From Raja brachyura (taxonomy: Eukaryota), in the NCBI GenBank assembly GCA_963514005.1, contig OY740818.1, positions 24,862,001 through 24,926,000 of the forward strand: DNA of 64,000 nt, in the 5' to 3' direction. Position 1 is the stretch's first letter, and every line of letters begins with the position of its first letter. Below, piece after piece: positions 23,611 to 36,355 of this stretch. The position numbers and the translations under genes are program-made. The notes under the pieces were generated by a model. That model saw only the letters and a list, made by a program, of their open reading frames with translations. It ran no database searches and had not been told where the DNA came from.

Positions 23611-23934
23611 ATTCCCGAGTCCTGATGTTGCCTGACCCGCAGAGTTCCTCCGGCACATCGTTTTTTTTCCACTAGATTCCAGCATCTGCAGTTCCTCTTG
23701 TATACAGAATCTTTCACTCGCCAGCTGTGTTGGATCACCAGTGGAACTTGGAACAGTGACAGCCAGAACCGTCTGAATGAGGCCAAGCTGGTCTATATTC
23801 CAGGCCTCGACATGATCAGCCAGGCTGAGAACAACATAACTTAGAACATAGAACAGTACAGCATAGGAACAGGTCCATCAGTCTATAATGTCAGCAACAA
23901 ACGTGATGCCAAGTTCAATAAATCTTAAACTTAG

Positions 23935-24788
23935 GGGTGGCAGAGTGGTGCAGGGTCAGCATGCTGATGCAGCGGTAGAACTGCTGCCTCAGTGCCAGAG
24001 ACCCAGGTTCGATCCTGACCATGGACACTGTCTGTACAGTATTTGTATGTCCTTCCCTTGAAGGCATGGTTTTCTCCGAGCGCCCAGGTTTCCCCCCACA
24101 TTCCAAAGACGTACAGGCTTGTATGCAGTTTTGGTCTCCAAATTTGAGAAAGGACATTCTTGCTATTGACATTCTTGCAGTGCAGTGTAGGTTCACAAGG
24201 TTAATTGCCGGGATGGCGGGACTGTCATAAGCTGAGAGAATAGAGCGGCTGGGCTTGTATATTCTGGAATTTAGAAGGATGAGAGGATATTTATTGAAAC
24301 CATATTAGATTATTAAGGGTTTGGACACACTAGAGGCAGGAAACATGTTCCCGATGTTGGGGGAGACTAGAACCAGGGGCCACGGTTTAAGAATAAAGGG
24401 TAAGCCATTTAGAACGGAGATGAAGAAATACTTTTTCACACAGAGGATTGTGAGTCTGTGGAATTCTCTGCCAGAAGGAGGTGGAGGCCGGTTCTCTGGA
24501 TACTTTCAAGAGAGAGCTAGATAGGACTCTTAAAAATAGCGGAGTCAGGGGATATGGGGAGAAGGCAGGAATGGGGTACTGATGGTGGATTATCAGCCAT
24601 GGTCACATTGAATGGCGGTGCTGGTTCGAAGGGCCGAATGGCCTACTCCTGCAATTATTATCCATTGTCTATTGTAGGTTAATTGGCTTTGGTAAAAATT
24701 GTAAATAAGTGCTGGCGTACGGGAGATCGCTGGTGGGTGTGGACACAATGGGCCAAAGAGACTATTTCTGCACTGTATTTCTAAACTG
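23935..24788 (+). mobile_element. HE1/V-SINE interrupted by a CR1 3' fragment (~24124-24671)
   Basis: CR1 QFWSPNLRKDILAI...EMKKYFFTQRIVSLWNSLP with (ATTGTCT) tail; TTGTA repeated at 24119-24123 and 24672-24676. Confidence 0.85.
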
Positions 24789-24986
24789 ATCCTTTCAGCC
24801 TGCACATGATCCATATCCTTGCATTTCCTGCATGATCATGTACCTGTCCAAAAGCCTCTAAAATGCCACTGTCACAACATGTTCCAGACACCCATCACTC
24901 TCTGTGTAATTAATACAACGCATGCAGAACAGGTGAGTGGTTGTGCAATGTTGCAGTGTGAAACCGGCGGTGAAAAAAAATATTCA

Positions 24987-25317
24987 CGGGCCTGTCCTAC
25001 TTACGCAACTTATTTCGGCGACTGCCCGCACCCGCCATAGGTCGTTGCAGGTCGCTGACATTTTTTAACATGTTGAAAATGCAGCGGCGACCAGAACTAG
25101 GTACGGTTCTTTGGGCGACTACTCACGGCCGTACAGGCTTCATCCCGCGACATGTCGCCTGTATGGCCGTGAGTCGTCTCCTCAGTCGCCCAAAGAGTCG
25201 TAGCGTCTTTCTGGTCGACGCTGGATTTTCAACATGTTGAACATTTTCGGCGACCGGCAACGACCTATGACGGGTGCCGGCAGTCGCCGAGAAAGTCGCG
25301 TAAGTGGGACAGGCCCG
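24987..25317. mobile_element. PIF/Harbinger-type MITE, almost fully palindromic
   Basis: TIR CGGGCCTGTCCTACTTACGC / GCGTAAGTGGGACAGGCCCG; inverted symmetry extends to the centre (~25150); flanks TCA/TAA. Confidence 0.85.
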
Positions 25318-25350
25318 TAAGGAACAATAACAGGGGAACCGATTGAGTAA

Positions 25351-25626
25351 TAGCCCTGTCCCACGGTACGCGTTCATTCCAAGAGCTCTCCCGAGTTTAA
25401 AAAAATCAAACTCGTGGTAAGCACAGAAAATGAAGGTAGGGGGTACGTCGGAGCTCGGGGACGTCTCTTAGCGGCTCGTAACGCTAACGGCTGGTACTCG
25501 GGAAGACTCGCTAACAGCAGGTAAGCACGGGAAGACTCGTGAAGATTTTTCAACACGTTGAAAAATGTCCATGAGAGCAAACTCGGGAGAGCTCTTGGAA
25601 TGAACTCGTACCGTGGGACAGGGCTT
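25351..25626. mobile_element. PIF/Harbinger-type MITE
   Basis: ~47-bp TIR AGCCCTGTCCCACGGTACG.GTTCATTCCAAGAGCTCTCCCGAGTTT; flanks TAA/TTA. Confidence 0.85.
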
Positions 25627-26654
25627 TTAGAGTTAGGAACAAGAGTACAAAGCAGCAACTTCAGGAATAGGGTATAAAAGAGGTGATTGGTTCCTGAGAC
25701 GTCTGCAGTGGAGAAGAAACTGTTCTTAAGTCTGGATGTTCGAGTTTTCAGGCTCCTGAATCTTGAAACCTGAAATTTGTAGACTTTTCCAGGGAGTCTA
25801 AATAAAGGAAACATCGACATCTTGTAAATGTCTTCCACAGTAAACAGTAGTGACATTTTAAATAATCAAAATTACCAGGAATATTGGAGATGAAAGAACA
25901 ATCTGTAACAGAAAGCTGGCATGGAAACGCAGTCTCCGGAGCCAGTTCTGGTGGAGTTTGGCCCAGTCTCAACGGGAAGAGGTTGAGGAAGCAGATGCTG
26001 CTGAACGCTGGCAGTCCATGTCTTCAGCAGAGCTCCTCTTCCACAGACTGACTCACTCAACCCAACAGGGCGCCAATTGCTCTGCTCATCACAGTGCTTC
26101 CAGCTCATTCATGTCCTTCCCCTCAGGGGTTTGGAAACCACCCCCACATGGTAAATGGACTACACAGGTAGTGTGCCATCAGCTGCAAGGTCACGTCCTC
26201 AACATTCCCGTGTGCGGGGAAGGAATTGGCTTCAGTAGTGCTTGACGATGTCAGAACCTCTGGCTGGGAAGAGTGTTGGAATCAATGACGTATTTCCCCA
26301 ATTCTCACTGTTGTCCCTTGAGCAGAAGTGGGCATCTTTTGATTGTGATCTATTTTTATTTCTTAGAACGTTTCGGCCACAGTGTACATGATAAACAAGG
26401 TAAACACATCTCCTCTGCCTGCACGTGATCCATAGCCCTCCATTCCCTGCATATCTATTTGCCTGTCAAACCTGCCACAATCGAATCTGCCTCCACCACC
26501 GCCCCAGGCAGCTCGATCCAGGAATCACCACTCTCTATGTAACAAGACTTACTCCACATCTGTTGTAAACTTTGCCGCTCCCACCTGAAACCTATGCCCT
26601 CTAGTATTTGATTTTTCCATCTCAACGAATTGAAATTTCAGCACAGAGTTAAAC

Positions 26655-26950
26655 GTTAGACTTTAGAGATACAGCATGGAAACAGGCCCTTCAGCCCACC
26701 GAGTCTGTGCCATCAGCGTACACCAGCACTCTCCTACTCACCGAGGACAGTTTACAATTTACAGAAGCCAATTAACCTGCAACCCCGTACATGTTTGGAG
26801 TGCGGGAGGAGGCCGGAGCACCTGGAGAAAAACGCACGCAGGTCACAGGGAGAACGTACAAACTCCACACAGGCAGCGCCCGTGGTCAGGATCGAGCCCA
26901 GGTCTCTGGCGCTGTAAGGTGGCAACTCTACCACAATGCCACTGTGGCAA
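26655..26950 (-). mobile_element. HE1/V-SINE-type SINE
   Basis: consensus head, V-domain and tail on minus strand. Confidence 0.85.
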
Positions 26951-27112
26951 TGTTCAAACAGAAAGCCCACCGCTTTGCTCAGACGGTAATGCATGTCCAG
27001 TTATGCCTTGGTTCGTAAATTCCTTGAGTTGGTGCGTGAAGGAGTGAAGCCCCCCCTCACCCCCATTCACACAACTACCACACGTCACATATACTGTGAC
27101 TGGACACCTATT

Positions 27113-27342
27113 TTAGTTCAGTTTAGTTCAGAGATACAGCATGGAAACAGGCCCTTCAGCATGAAGATAGACACAAAGTGCTGGAGTAACTCAGCGGGAC
27201 AGGCAGCATCTCTGGAGAGAAGGAATGGGTGACGTTTCGGGTCGAGACCCTTCTTCAGACTAGCCATCGAGTCCGCGCCGACCAGCGATCCCCACACATT
27301 TGCACTATCCTACACACACTAGGGACAATTGACAATTTACCC
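27113..27342 (-). mobile_element. SINE 3' part interrupted by a young Penelope pLTR arm (~27161-27261)
   Basis: GGCCCTTCAGC...AGCCATCGAGTCCGCGCCGACC resumes across the insert. Confidence 0.8.
27231..27258 (-). ncRNA. minimal hammerhead ribozyme core (consensus-perfect)
   Basis: reverse complement CTGAAGAAGGGTCTCGACCCGAAACGTC. Confidence 0.65.
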
Positions 27343-27359
27343 AAGATTTCACCATCCCC

Positions 27360-27860
27360 GCTCACGCTTTTCCCTTCTTGCATCTTTATGAAAAACATGT
27401 GATAAAAGTCAATGGAAATAGCTGACAGAAATCCAATTCTGTTTCAACTTTTACTGCTTCTGCCGTGATGAAGTCCCGTCAGGAAATATTCAAACTCATT
27501 TTAACCATACCAGATCAGAGACTTTGCACAATATTTATGGCTTCAGCAAATGTATGATTCATTGCGAAGTTGCCACCAACAAATTGAGGTTATCTCCATC
27601 AGAGTTTAATTGCTGTTTGTACAGATGTTGGCGTTATACAGATTGGTGTCACCTGACACCATGACTCATTAAAAGATGTAAACTCTGACCTTTGCCAAAG
27701 AGAAAAAGGTTCCAAAAATACTATTTGCGAACAGCACGCATTGATTTATTGTCCATGCAGACCTGGGCACAAGATATTAATCAGCTGCAGAATATGACAT
27801 TGATTGCTGCTACACTCAACTTCATCCTTGCAGTGACCTATTGAGAGGGAGCAATGAATG
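27360..27860. promoter_or_regulatory. candidate conserved non-coding element
   Basis: TE-free AT-rich unique island; TGATTTAT (Pbx-Hox-type), TGACAG/TGACA and TGACCTTTG motifs. Confidence 0.25.
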
Positions 27861-28434
27861 GAAGGTCACCCTGGTCTCCAAGGTCACTGCTTTCATTTCA
27901 CTTTTCTCCTTGACATTAATGTATCTCCTGTAAAACCCATTGAGAGAGAGTTCTGTCCGTTCAGTACTAGAACGCCTGGGTGTCCAGCAGTAATCTCCAA
28001 ATTCAAGTCCTCTCCATTTGTTGACAAGGTTGCAGTCAAATGTTGAATCAGACAGGTGATGGGGGAAGCTGGAGGTGTTGCAAGCAGTCGGCACTTCAGG
28101 CAATATCTGCAAAGGAGAAAGGAAGAGAGGTGACTGAATAGTGTGCATTACAGGAAGGAAGTGGAGACTTTGGAGAAGGAGCAGAAGAGGTTTGCCCAAA
28201 TGCTGCCTGGATTAGAGGGTATTGTCTATAAGGAAAGGTTGGTTTAATTACCCTGGATTGCTGGAGATGGAGGGGAGTATAATTTGATATGCTTCTGCCA
28301 GAAGTATATATCATTATCAGAGGCAAAGAATCTTTTTCACAGGATGGAAATCTAAAAGTTTTCCAAATCATTAAGCTGAAAAGAGTGCAGAGAAGATGTA
28401 CAAGAACGGGTTTTTGTTGGGGGGGGTTTTTTGT

Positions 28435-29180
28435 ACAATAGTTGCAGGAGTCGGCCATGCGGCCCTTCGAGCCAGCATTCAATGTGATCATGGCTAATCA
28501 TCCCCAATCAGTACCCCGTTCCTGCCTTCTCCCCATATCCCCAGACTCTGCTATCTTTAAGAGCCCTATCTAGCTCTCTTTTGAAAGTATCCAGAGAACC
28601 AGCCTCCACTGCCCTAACGGAAGGCAGAGAATTCCACAGACTCTCTGTGAGAAAAAGTGTTTCCTCGTCTCCGTTCTCAATGGCTTACCCCTTATTCTTA
28701 AACTGTGGCCCCTGGTTCTGGATTACCCCAACATCAGGAACAAGTTGCCAGGATTCAAGGGCTTAAGCTATAAAGAGAGGTTGAGCAGGCTGAGCAATTC
28801 CTTGGAGTGCAGGAGGCTGATGGGCAATTTTGTGGCAGTGTGTAATATCACGAGGGCAATATTTCTCAGTGGGAGTCTATTACCCAGAGCAAAACCAGGG
28901 GACACAGGTTTAAGGTGAAAGGGAAAAGATTTAATAGGAAACTGAGGGGCAACATTTGAACACAGAGGGTTGGTCGGTATATGGAACGAACTGACAGAGG
29001 AGGTAGTTAAGGAAGGTATAATTACATTTAAAAGAAACTTTAAAATATATTGATAGGAAAGGTTCAGGGGGAAACGTGCCTAATGCAGGTAAACGGGATG
29101 AGCTTAGATGAAGCATTTTATTCAGCATGGACGAGTTTAATGAAGGGTCTGCTTCCCTGCTGTTTCACACTAGGACTCCA
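28435..29180. mobile_element. two CR1 fragments back to back (28435-28740 minus; 28741-29180 plus)
   Basis: CR1 3' UTR and C-terminal motifs in opposite orientations. Confidence 0.8.
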
Positions 29181-29784
29181 TGTCCGGTTCAGATTAGCTG
29201 ACTGCAATTTACACCAAGGTGCAGTGAAACTCCTTGTTCACATGAAGCTGACGGAGCAAAGAGCACACATGCAGTAATGATAAATACTGCAATAAATACT
29301 GGTAATCCTATGTAATTTTTACCCGTTCTATCTGATCGTAATATTGCCATGGCATTTAAATCAAACTACCTGTAATGTGTTTACTTTATATGAGTTCCTG
29401 TCTGACCTGTATAGATCATAAAGTGTATTGGTTTTAAATTCTATTCATTACAACTGAGGTTAGATGATACAGTATCAGAATTAAATAGATTTTAATGGCC
29501 AGTGGTAAATTATCTGAACACACATCCTAACTTGCGTTTATTGCTGTCATGCTGCCAAAATATCAAAATAATCATATGTCAGGATTCCTGGCATACAATC
29601 CTTAATTTCCTTTTGAGGGTTGTCCAAAGAATGGTAAAAACATCTCTTGCAAGGGTCAGGTCATGGTATTGTGAAAGCTAACGGGGCATTGAAATACGTG
29701 GAAAACATCATTACAGTAAATGAGAAACACTGCACTTTCATTGTATAATGTTTGAATCAGGGCACACCCTCAACAGTATGTTTA

Positions 29785-30299
29785 NNNNNNNNNNNNNNNN
29801 NNNNNNNNNNNNNNNNNNNNNNNNNNNNNNNNNNNNNNNNNNNNNNNNNNNNNNNNNNNNNNNNNNNNNNNNNNNNNNNNNNNNNNNNNNNNNNNNNNNN
29901 NNNNNNNNNNNNNNNNNNNNNNNNNNNNNNNNNNNNNNNNNNNNNNNNNNNNNNNNNNNNNNNNNNNNNGTGTGTGGGTGTGTGTGTGGTGNNNNNNNNN
30001 NNNNNNNNNNNNNNNNNNNNNNNNNNNNNNNNNNNNNNNNNNNNNNNNNNNNNNNNNNNNNNNNNNNNNNNNNNNNNNNNNNNNNNNNNNNNNNNNNNNN
30101 NNNNNNNNNNNNNNNNNNNNNNNNNNNNNNNNNNGGGGTAGGTGTGGATGTGTGTNNNNNNNNNNNNNNNNNNNNNNNNNNNNNNNNNNNNNNNNNNNNN
30201 NNNNNNNNNNNNNNNNNNNNNNNNNNNNNNNNNNNNNNNNNNNNNNNNNNNNNNNNNNNNNNNNNNNNNNNNNNNNNNNNNNNNNNNNNNNNNNNNNNN
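29785..30299. other. assembly gap (N runs) with (GT)n-rich islands
   Basis: three N blocks separated by GTGTGTGGGTG-type sequence; probably an unresolved microsatellite. Confidence 0.95.
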
Positions 30300-33200
30300 T
30301 ATAAAAATATTGTTTAAAAGGTTGAGTGTATACATTAAACTTGGTTGTCTATATGGTGGTTACAGTACTGTAATTACATATGTGCTGTGCTGCTGCAAGT
30401 AAGTATTTCATTGTTCTGTTTCAGGACCTATGACAATTGCACATTGATGTGGGGGGGGGGGGGGGGGGGGACACTGAGATACTGAATTGCTTAAATTGAA
30501 CCTTCCCCAGAGAGAACAGGCATGTCCTAAATCTCATTGAGACCTTTTCAAACAACTGTTCTGATTTCAAACATCAGTTTCTGATGAACCAAATCTCAAT
30601 TTTTACACTACTTCCCATCTCCACATTCCAACAGCCAAATGTCTGTGGTCTCTTTTTACTCTGGTACTTTATTTCCACATGTTTCATTTATAATGTTTTA
30701 TTTTTAATTGTCTGCTGTATATCGTGTATATACCATGTGCCGTCAAGTTCCTTGTATGTATACATACTTGGCCAATCCAACTTTGTTCTATTCTATTCTA
30801 TATCTGTGCACCTTGTGGAAGCTGTGAAAATCACGGGAGGAGTCTACAACAATTTGATTTAAATTGGATAGAAAATGTTTCCATCAAAACATTGAGTTTC
30901 CCATCATAAATGTTAGTAGCTCTATAAAAATAATGTAAGCACAGAGCTTTAATAATGGATATAAAATAGCGCATGTAGTAGCATTAATCTGAGATAAGGA
31001 CTGGGCATGCAGTGAGCTAACACACTGCCCTTTCATCATCTGAATACAATTCTCAACGCAGCCTCGTTGGATGAGATGAAAGGTCTTAGCCATCACAGCT
31101 GTGATAGTCCACACGTAATTCAGTTCAAATCCTTGGGGTATAAATTCACAACACTAGACGTCCATAATTTGGGACTAATTGGCAATGTGTATTGCTCTAT
31201 ATTTAGTGGGGACATTAAACAATGAAAGCACATAAACTTACACCTCTTTATTTTTTGTAAATAGACAACCTCTAGGGCACTTGGACCAGTCTCAGCTACA
31301 AGTTATTGCGATTGTTCAGACTGGAGTTAGAATCCAGGCTCCATAACTATTCCAAGCAGTGAAGGAGTTGACAGAACCTAACACCAACATCCACACTCCT
31401 ATTGAGGTAGGAATTAGTGGAGTGATAACAGACCCAGTTGGCCCAACTTGTCCACGTCGACCAAGTTGCCCCATCTAAACCCAGAGTTTATAAACCCAGC
31501 AGATATTGAATGATCTTCAGGTGGGGTTGGAGGCGTGGGGTTGGAGGCGCGGGGCGCTAGGGGAGTCAGATGCAGGAGGGGACGCAGTCAGTCAGTTTAG
31601 ATTATTGTCACATGTACCGAGGTACAGTGAAAACCATTTGTTGTGTGCTAGCCAGAGAGTCCACCTCTGATATGAAAGAGTCCAAACTTTAACCTTGATA
31701 TGAAATATCATTGGCATCTCCAAGTCCCCTGCTGTTACTTCCAGAGAAACTATGAGCAGAAGATCAGCTCGACCAGGAAAGTAAACACCATGGCTACAAG
31801 AGTGTGTCGGATGTTGGGCATCTTGCACCTCCTCTTACCACAAGGGTTCTACATACTACACAAGCCACTGGTCAGGAATGCTCTCCATATCCCTGGAAGA
31901 TTTCATCTCTAGCAATTGTCAAAGAGCAATTCTCAAAGAGCTCAACACTGTTCAGGAGCAAGCAGCTGCCCAGACCACCCTAAACATTGATCCCCCCACC
32001 CCAGACACACAGTAACTATTCTATTTATAACATTCACTGCACTTATTATCCAGGCCATTCCAACAGTGCCTGCAAATTCCAAGCCAAGTTGCACAGATTT
32101 CTGATGGATAAATTGCCATTGCTGCATTCTAACATCAATATAAACATCAATGTAAATAGCTTCCAGGTTAAATACAATAAAAGTGAGATGTGATCAGATC
32201 AATATTGTCAGAACACAATTCCAATCCAAACCTCTATCAACATCACATTAGTATCTTTAAATCATTTGGATTAGGATTGGATGTGGGCCATGACAAGGAT
32301 GGATGGGAGTGGGGGAGCAAGGGTTAATCCAGCCCCCCCACCCCCACCCACCCCAGCAACACTGGGGGAGCTCCTTCACCCAAAGAGGCAGAATGGGACA
32401 AGATGGCAACTCACCCCCACCCTCCCACAAGGGCGGTTAGGGATAGCCATTGAATGCTGGCCTGGCAGCTAGACCCAGCTCCTGAAATAAACGTTAAAAA
32501 TCCAGCATGAAAATAAATCCTAAAGTTGTGTACTGACAGGAGTCACTGACAGGACTGGCCTCAAATAGTTTACATATCATGGAGTGACGTTTAGCCGGAG
32601 GAGTGTAAAGTCGTGCACAAAGTCCTTCCCCGTGTGTACCACCAGCTCCCTGCGGCAGATCTGCTTCCAATCCCCCCGTGGCATTGACCTCAACAGCAAT
32701 TTGTGTCTGAAGAAGGGTCTCAGCACGACACATTACCCATTCCTTCCCTCCAGAGATGCTGCCTGTCCCGCTGAGTTACTCCAGCTTTTTTGTGTCTATC
32801 TTCGGTGTAAACCTGCATCTGCAGCTCCTCCTTCTGTTGGACCCATTGAGTGGTGGACCACTGTGTTAAACAATACACCAGTGGGAATGGAAGTTTGTGT
32901 GAACTCAGCCCCTTTGCTCCCCCACCTCCAATCTATCCATAACACAACCCACATTAAATCTCAATCTAAAAGATTTAAAGATGTTGGCATAATTTTGATA
33001 GAGTTTTGGGTTGGAGTTGTGTGCCGATAATATAGACATCTTCATATCTTTCACGTCTGTTGTATTTAATCCAGGAATGATTTACATTGATGTTTGCTAC
33101 ATGAAAGGCCAAATCTCCAAGAGTAGACGTCACTTCATAACAACATCAACCCCCCCCACCCACACTCCCCAACCCCCCTCCACAAATCTAACGTTAGAGT

Positions 33201-33632
33201 AAATCAAATCAAACATTAATCAGTTCAAGGGGCATTTGAATTCATTTTAAGCAGAATAATAAATAATAGATTGTGTAATATATTTTGTACTTTTCCTCAC
33301 AAGCAGATTATAAATCACATCCCATAAAGTGAGGCTATGTTCCGTATCTTGCAATTGATCCCGTGAGTATTTATTTTGATATTTGCTTTCTCCAACTTTT
33401 TAATATAAAGTGAAACAGCATAAGGGTCAACTTTCTCATTCACAATAAACTACACTGGACTTTTTCAAAAAACAAAATCCTTAGCATTGCATAACAGATG
33501 TGTAGATTTGTCTACAGTTAGAGGAATAATAGCTTTATCATTTGTCAGCCTTCCATGTTAATTTGTTGCCTAAAGTGCTTCATTCTTTTGAAGTATTGCT
33601 CAAATTCAGTTGAAGTCTGGGGATCTGAGGAT

Positions 33633-33865
33633 GGAGACACGAGAGACTGCACATGCTGGAATCTAGAGCAAAACACACAGTGCTGGAGGAACTCAGCGGG
33701 TCAGGCAGCATCTGTGGAGGGTATAGACAGACAAAGTTTCTTCACTCTCAGTGGAAAGACGACCTTTGGGATGAGCACCCTTGTTCAGACTTGGACTGTC
33801 CCCTGCCCATTGAGTCTGAAGAAAGGTCCTGACCCAAAACATTGTGTGTCCATTCCCTCCACAGC
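33633..33865. mobile_element. older fold-back Penelope pLTR
   Basis: GAGGAACTCAGCGGGTCAGGCAGCATCTGTGGAGGG arm and CTGAAGAAAGGTCCTGACCCAAAAC arm. Confidence 0.65.
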
Positions 33866-34002
33866 TTTGCTCAAGGTACGGGCATTTTTGTCTCTTGTGT
33901 CTCCTGGTTATGAGTTACGCTGCCTGGGATGTTTGAGCATCCATGTTCCCTCAGTCTCATCACCCTCCTCAATGCCCTACCTCACTCTACAGTAGTTGTA
34001 CG

Positions 34003-34230
34003 TAGGTTTAAGGTGAGGGGAACAAGATTTAGTAGGAACCTGAGGGGCGTCTTTTTCACACAGAGGGTGCTGGGTATATGGAACGAGCTGCCAGAGGAGG
34101 ATGTTGAGGCGAGTACTGTGACAACATTTGGACAGGTACATGGATAGGAAAAGTTTAGAGAGATACGGGCCAAATGCAGGCAAATGGGACTAACTTAGCA
34201 TGGATGGGTTGGACTGTTTCCGTGCCCTAA
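34003..34230 (+). mobile_element. CR1-clade LINE 3' end
   Basis: RFKVRGTRFSRNLRGVFFTQRVLGIWNELPEEDVEA. Confidence 0.85.
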
Positions 34231-34632
34231 AAGAATAGTTGACGGATAAATGCATAAGAATGAGAGGAGATTTGTGTGAGTGTTAATATTGGCACAGATC
34301 TGTATCTGAACGGTCTGTTTCCCTGCTGTAAACACTGTAACGTTGTAATATTTCATGCCCCTATGTAGTGAAGCAGAACTAACGATGAATTAAACAATCA
34401 TGCACTGGTTCACACATGCCGGGGTCTGGCTTTCATTATCTTCGAACAAACTTTCGGGTCACCCAATCAACTTTTAATCTCCTGGCCAATATTGCAACAA
34501 TATCCTCATGGTTGTGGTTAAGCTTTTGATCCAAGGCATTTAATGTAAAATTCTGGAGGAACTACTTATCCCATAGAATGTGGGGTACGTGAGAATAAAA
34601 AGCAGAGATGTCACAAGTCTTGTCATTCACGT

Positions 34633-34942
34633 TGAGCGGTGACACAGTGGTAGAGTTGCTGCCTCACAGCGCCAGAGACCCGGGTTCAATCCTGACCTCG
34701 GGTGCTGTCTGTACGGAGTTTGCACGTTCTCCCCATGACCTGGGTGGGTTTTCTCCGGGTGCTCCTGTTTCGTCCCACACTCAAAAGACAGGTTTGTAGA
34801 TTAATTCACATGGAATATTTGCAAATTATCCCCAACATGTGTAGGATAGTGTTAATGTGCAGGGATCGCTGGTCGATGCGGCCTCGGTAGGCTGAAGGGC
34901 CTGTTCTGCGCTGTACCACTAAAACTAAACTAAACTAAACTG
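34633..34942 (+). mobile_element. HE1/V-SINE-type SINE
   Basis: B box GGTTCAATCC, V-domain, (AAACT)n tail. Confidence 0.9.
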
Positions 34943-35545
34943 ATGTGTACCAACAACAGAACAATGAAGTTCTAATTTGCTGCAGCCTAACGCAATAGCA
35001 CAGGTAAATATATAATCATCTATAATGCAATAAATTAATCATCATAATACTAAGTAACCATAATTATGCAAAACCAAACTAGGTGGTGGAAACAATAGTG
35101 ATGTCAGCGTTGTGCAGCGTTCACGAGCCTGATGGTTGCTGAGAAGAAGCTGCTCTTGAACCTGGGGGTCAGTACACGTGATGGACCGGGCGGTCTCTGT
35201 TGTGTTGTTTAAGAGGAAGTTGATTGCTTGATGTGAAGGAGATGTGTACACATTGAATGTGGGAGAAGGGGAGACTCCAGCAGCGCAAGACTCCAGCGGC
35301 TGGGGTGAACGTTCTGCTCTGTGCAGTAAACTCCAGCCAATTACTGGTGAATATAATTGACTCTCAAGCCTGCATTGCAGTGGTAAAGTGGGTGGATTAG
35401 ATGAAACATTCCTGGTGGCTCCAGGATATTTGTAAGGAATAATTAAGTAATGAATGGTGAAGTTTATAGGTCCTGTGCGTTAAGCGAGCTGGAAGGCCAG
35501 GTTTCTGGGCTTAGCTGGGGTTGGATGTGCAGCTGGTGAGCCTGG

Positions 35546-35623
35546 CTGGAGGGGAGGACTGATGGGGTACAGGGGTACAAAACTCTGGAGGGGGGGACTG
35601 ATGGGGTACAGGGGTACAAAGCT
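35546..35623. repeat. 39-bp tandem duplication
   Basis: CTGGAGGGG(A/G)GGACTGATGGGGTACAGGGGTACAAA(A/G)CT x2. Confidence 0.9.
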
Positions 35624-35822
35624 CTCATGTTCACCTTCTGCACCGCACAAGGATGACAAAAATCTTGCAACACAATGGTCTAGAACATAGAATAGTACAG
35701 CACAGCAACAGGCCCTTCAGCCCACAATGTCCATGCTGTACATGAAGCCATGTTAAACTAATCTCCTCTGCCCGCATGTAATCCATATCCCTCCATTCCC
35801 TGCATCTCCACATGCCGATATA

Positions 35823-36355
35823 AAAGGGTCTTGATCCGAAACATCCCCCACTCCTTCTCTCCAGAGATACTGCCTGTCCCACTGAGTTCTCCCCCACCCC
35901 CCCCCCCCACCCTCTTTGTCCTTTCTGTGCCTGCCCCAACCTGGTGTACCCCAACACCCACCCCATTACCCTGGCCTCTTTGTACACATCTCCTGTTCCC
36001 TCTCATACCTCTCATTCCCCTCCCCCTTGTCCCCTTCTACCCACAGCTTTACATTTCACACCTCATCTCCTTATCTGATACCTTGTCTCCTTTCCACCTT
36101 TAGCCATTGCCTCTTACTCCACCCATCTGCAAATCAACCCTGCCCCCCCCCCCACTCACCTATATCCACCTATCACTTGCCAGGATTGTCCCACCCCCAC
36201 CTCTCTTGCCCATCTTTCATCACTCCAAGGAGGAGTTGCGACTCAAGACTTTGTCTGTCCATTCCCGTCACAGATGCTGCTTGATCTACCCAGTTCCTCC
36301 AGCACTTTGTGTTTCGAGCAAGATTGCAACGCCTGCAGTTCCTTGTGTCTCCACA
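35823..36355 (+). mobile_element. Penelope pLTR fragments
   Basis: pyrimidine-rich pLTR body, degenerate hammerhead region, CCAGCACTTTGTGT and CTGCAGTTCCTTGTGTCTC tail. Confidence 0.65.

Noticed and set aside
25880-26151. Open frame NIGDERTIC...WKPPPH ending at a GTAAAT donor
   Set aside because: Weak purine-rich acceptor, no recognisable protein family and no partner exons
29748-30402. ORFs spanning the N runs
   Set aside because: Artefacts of the assembly gap
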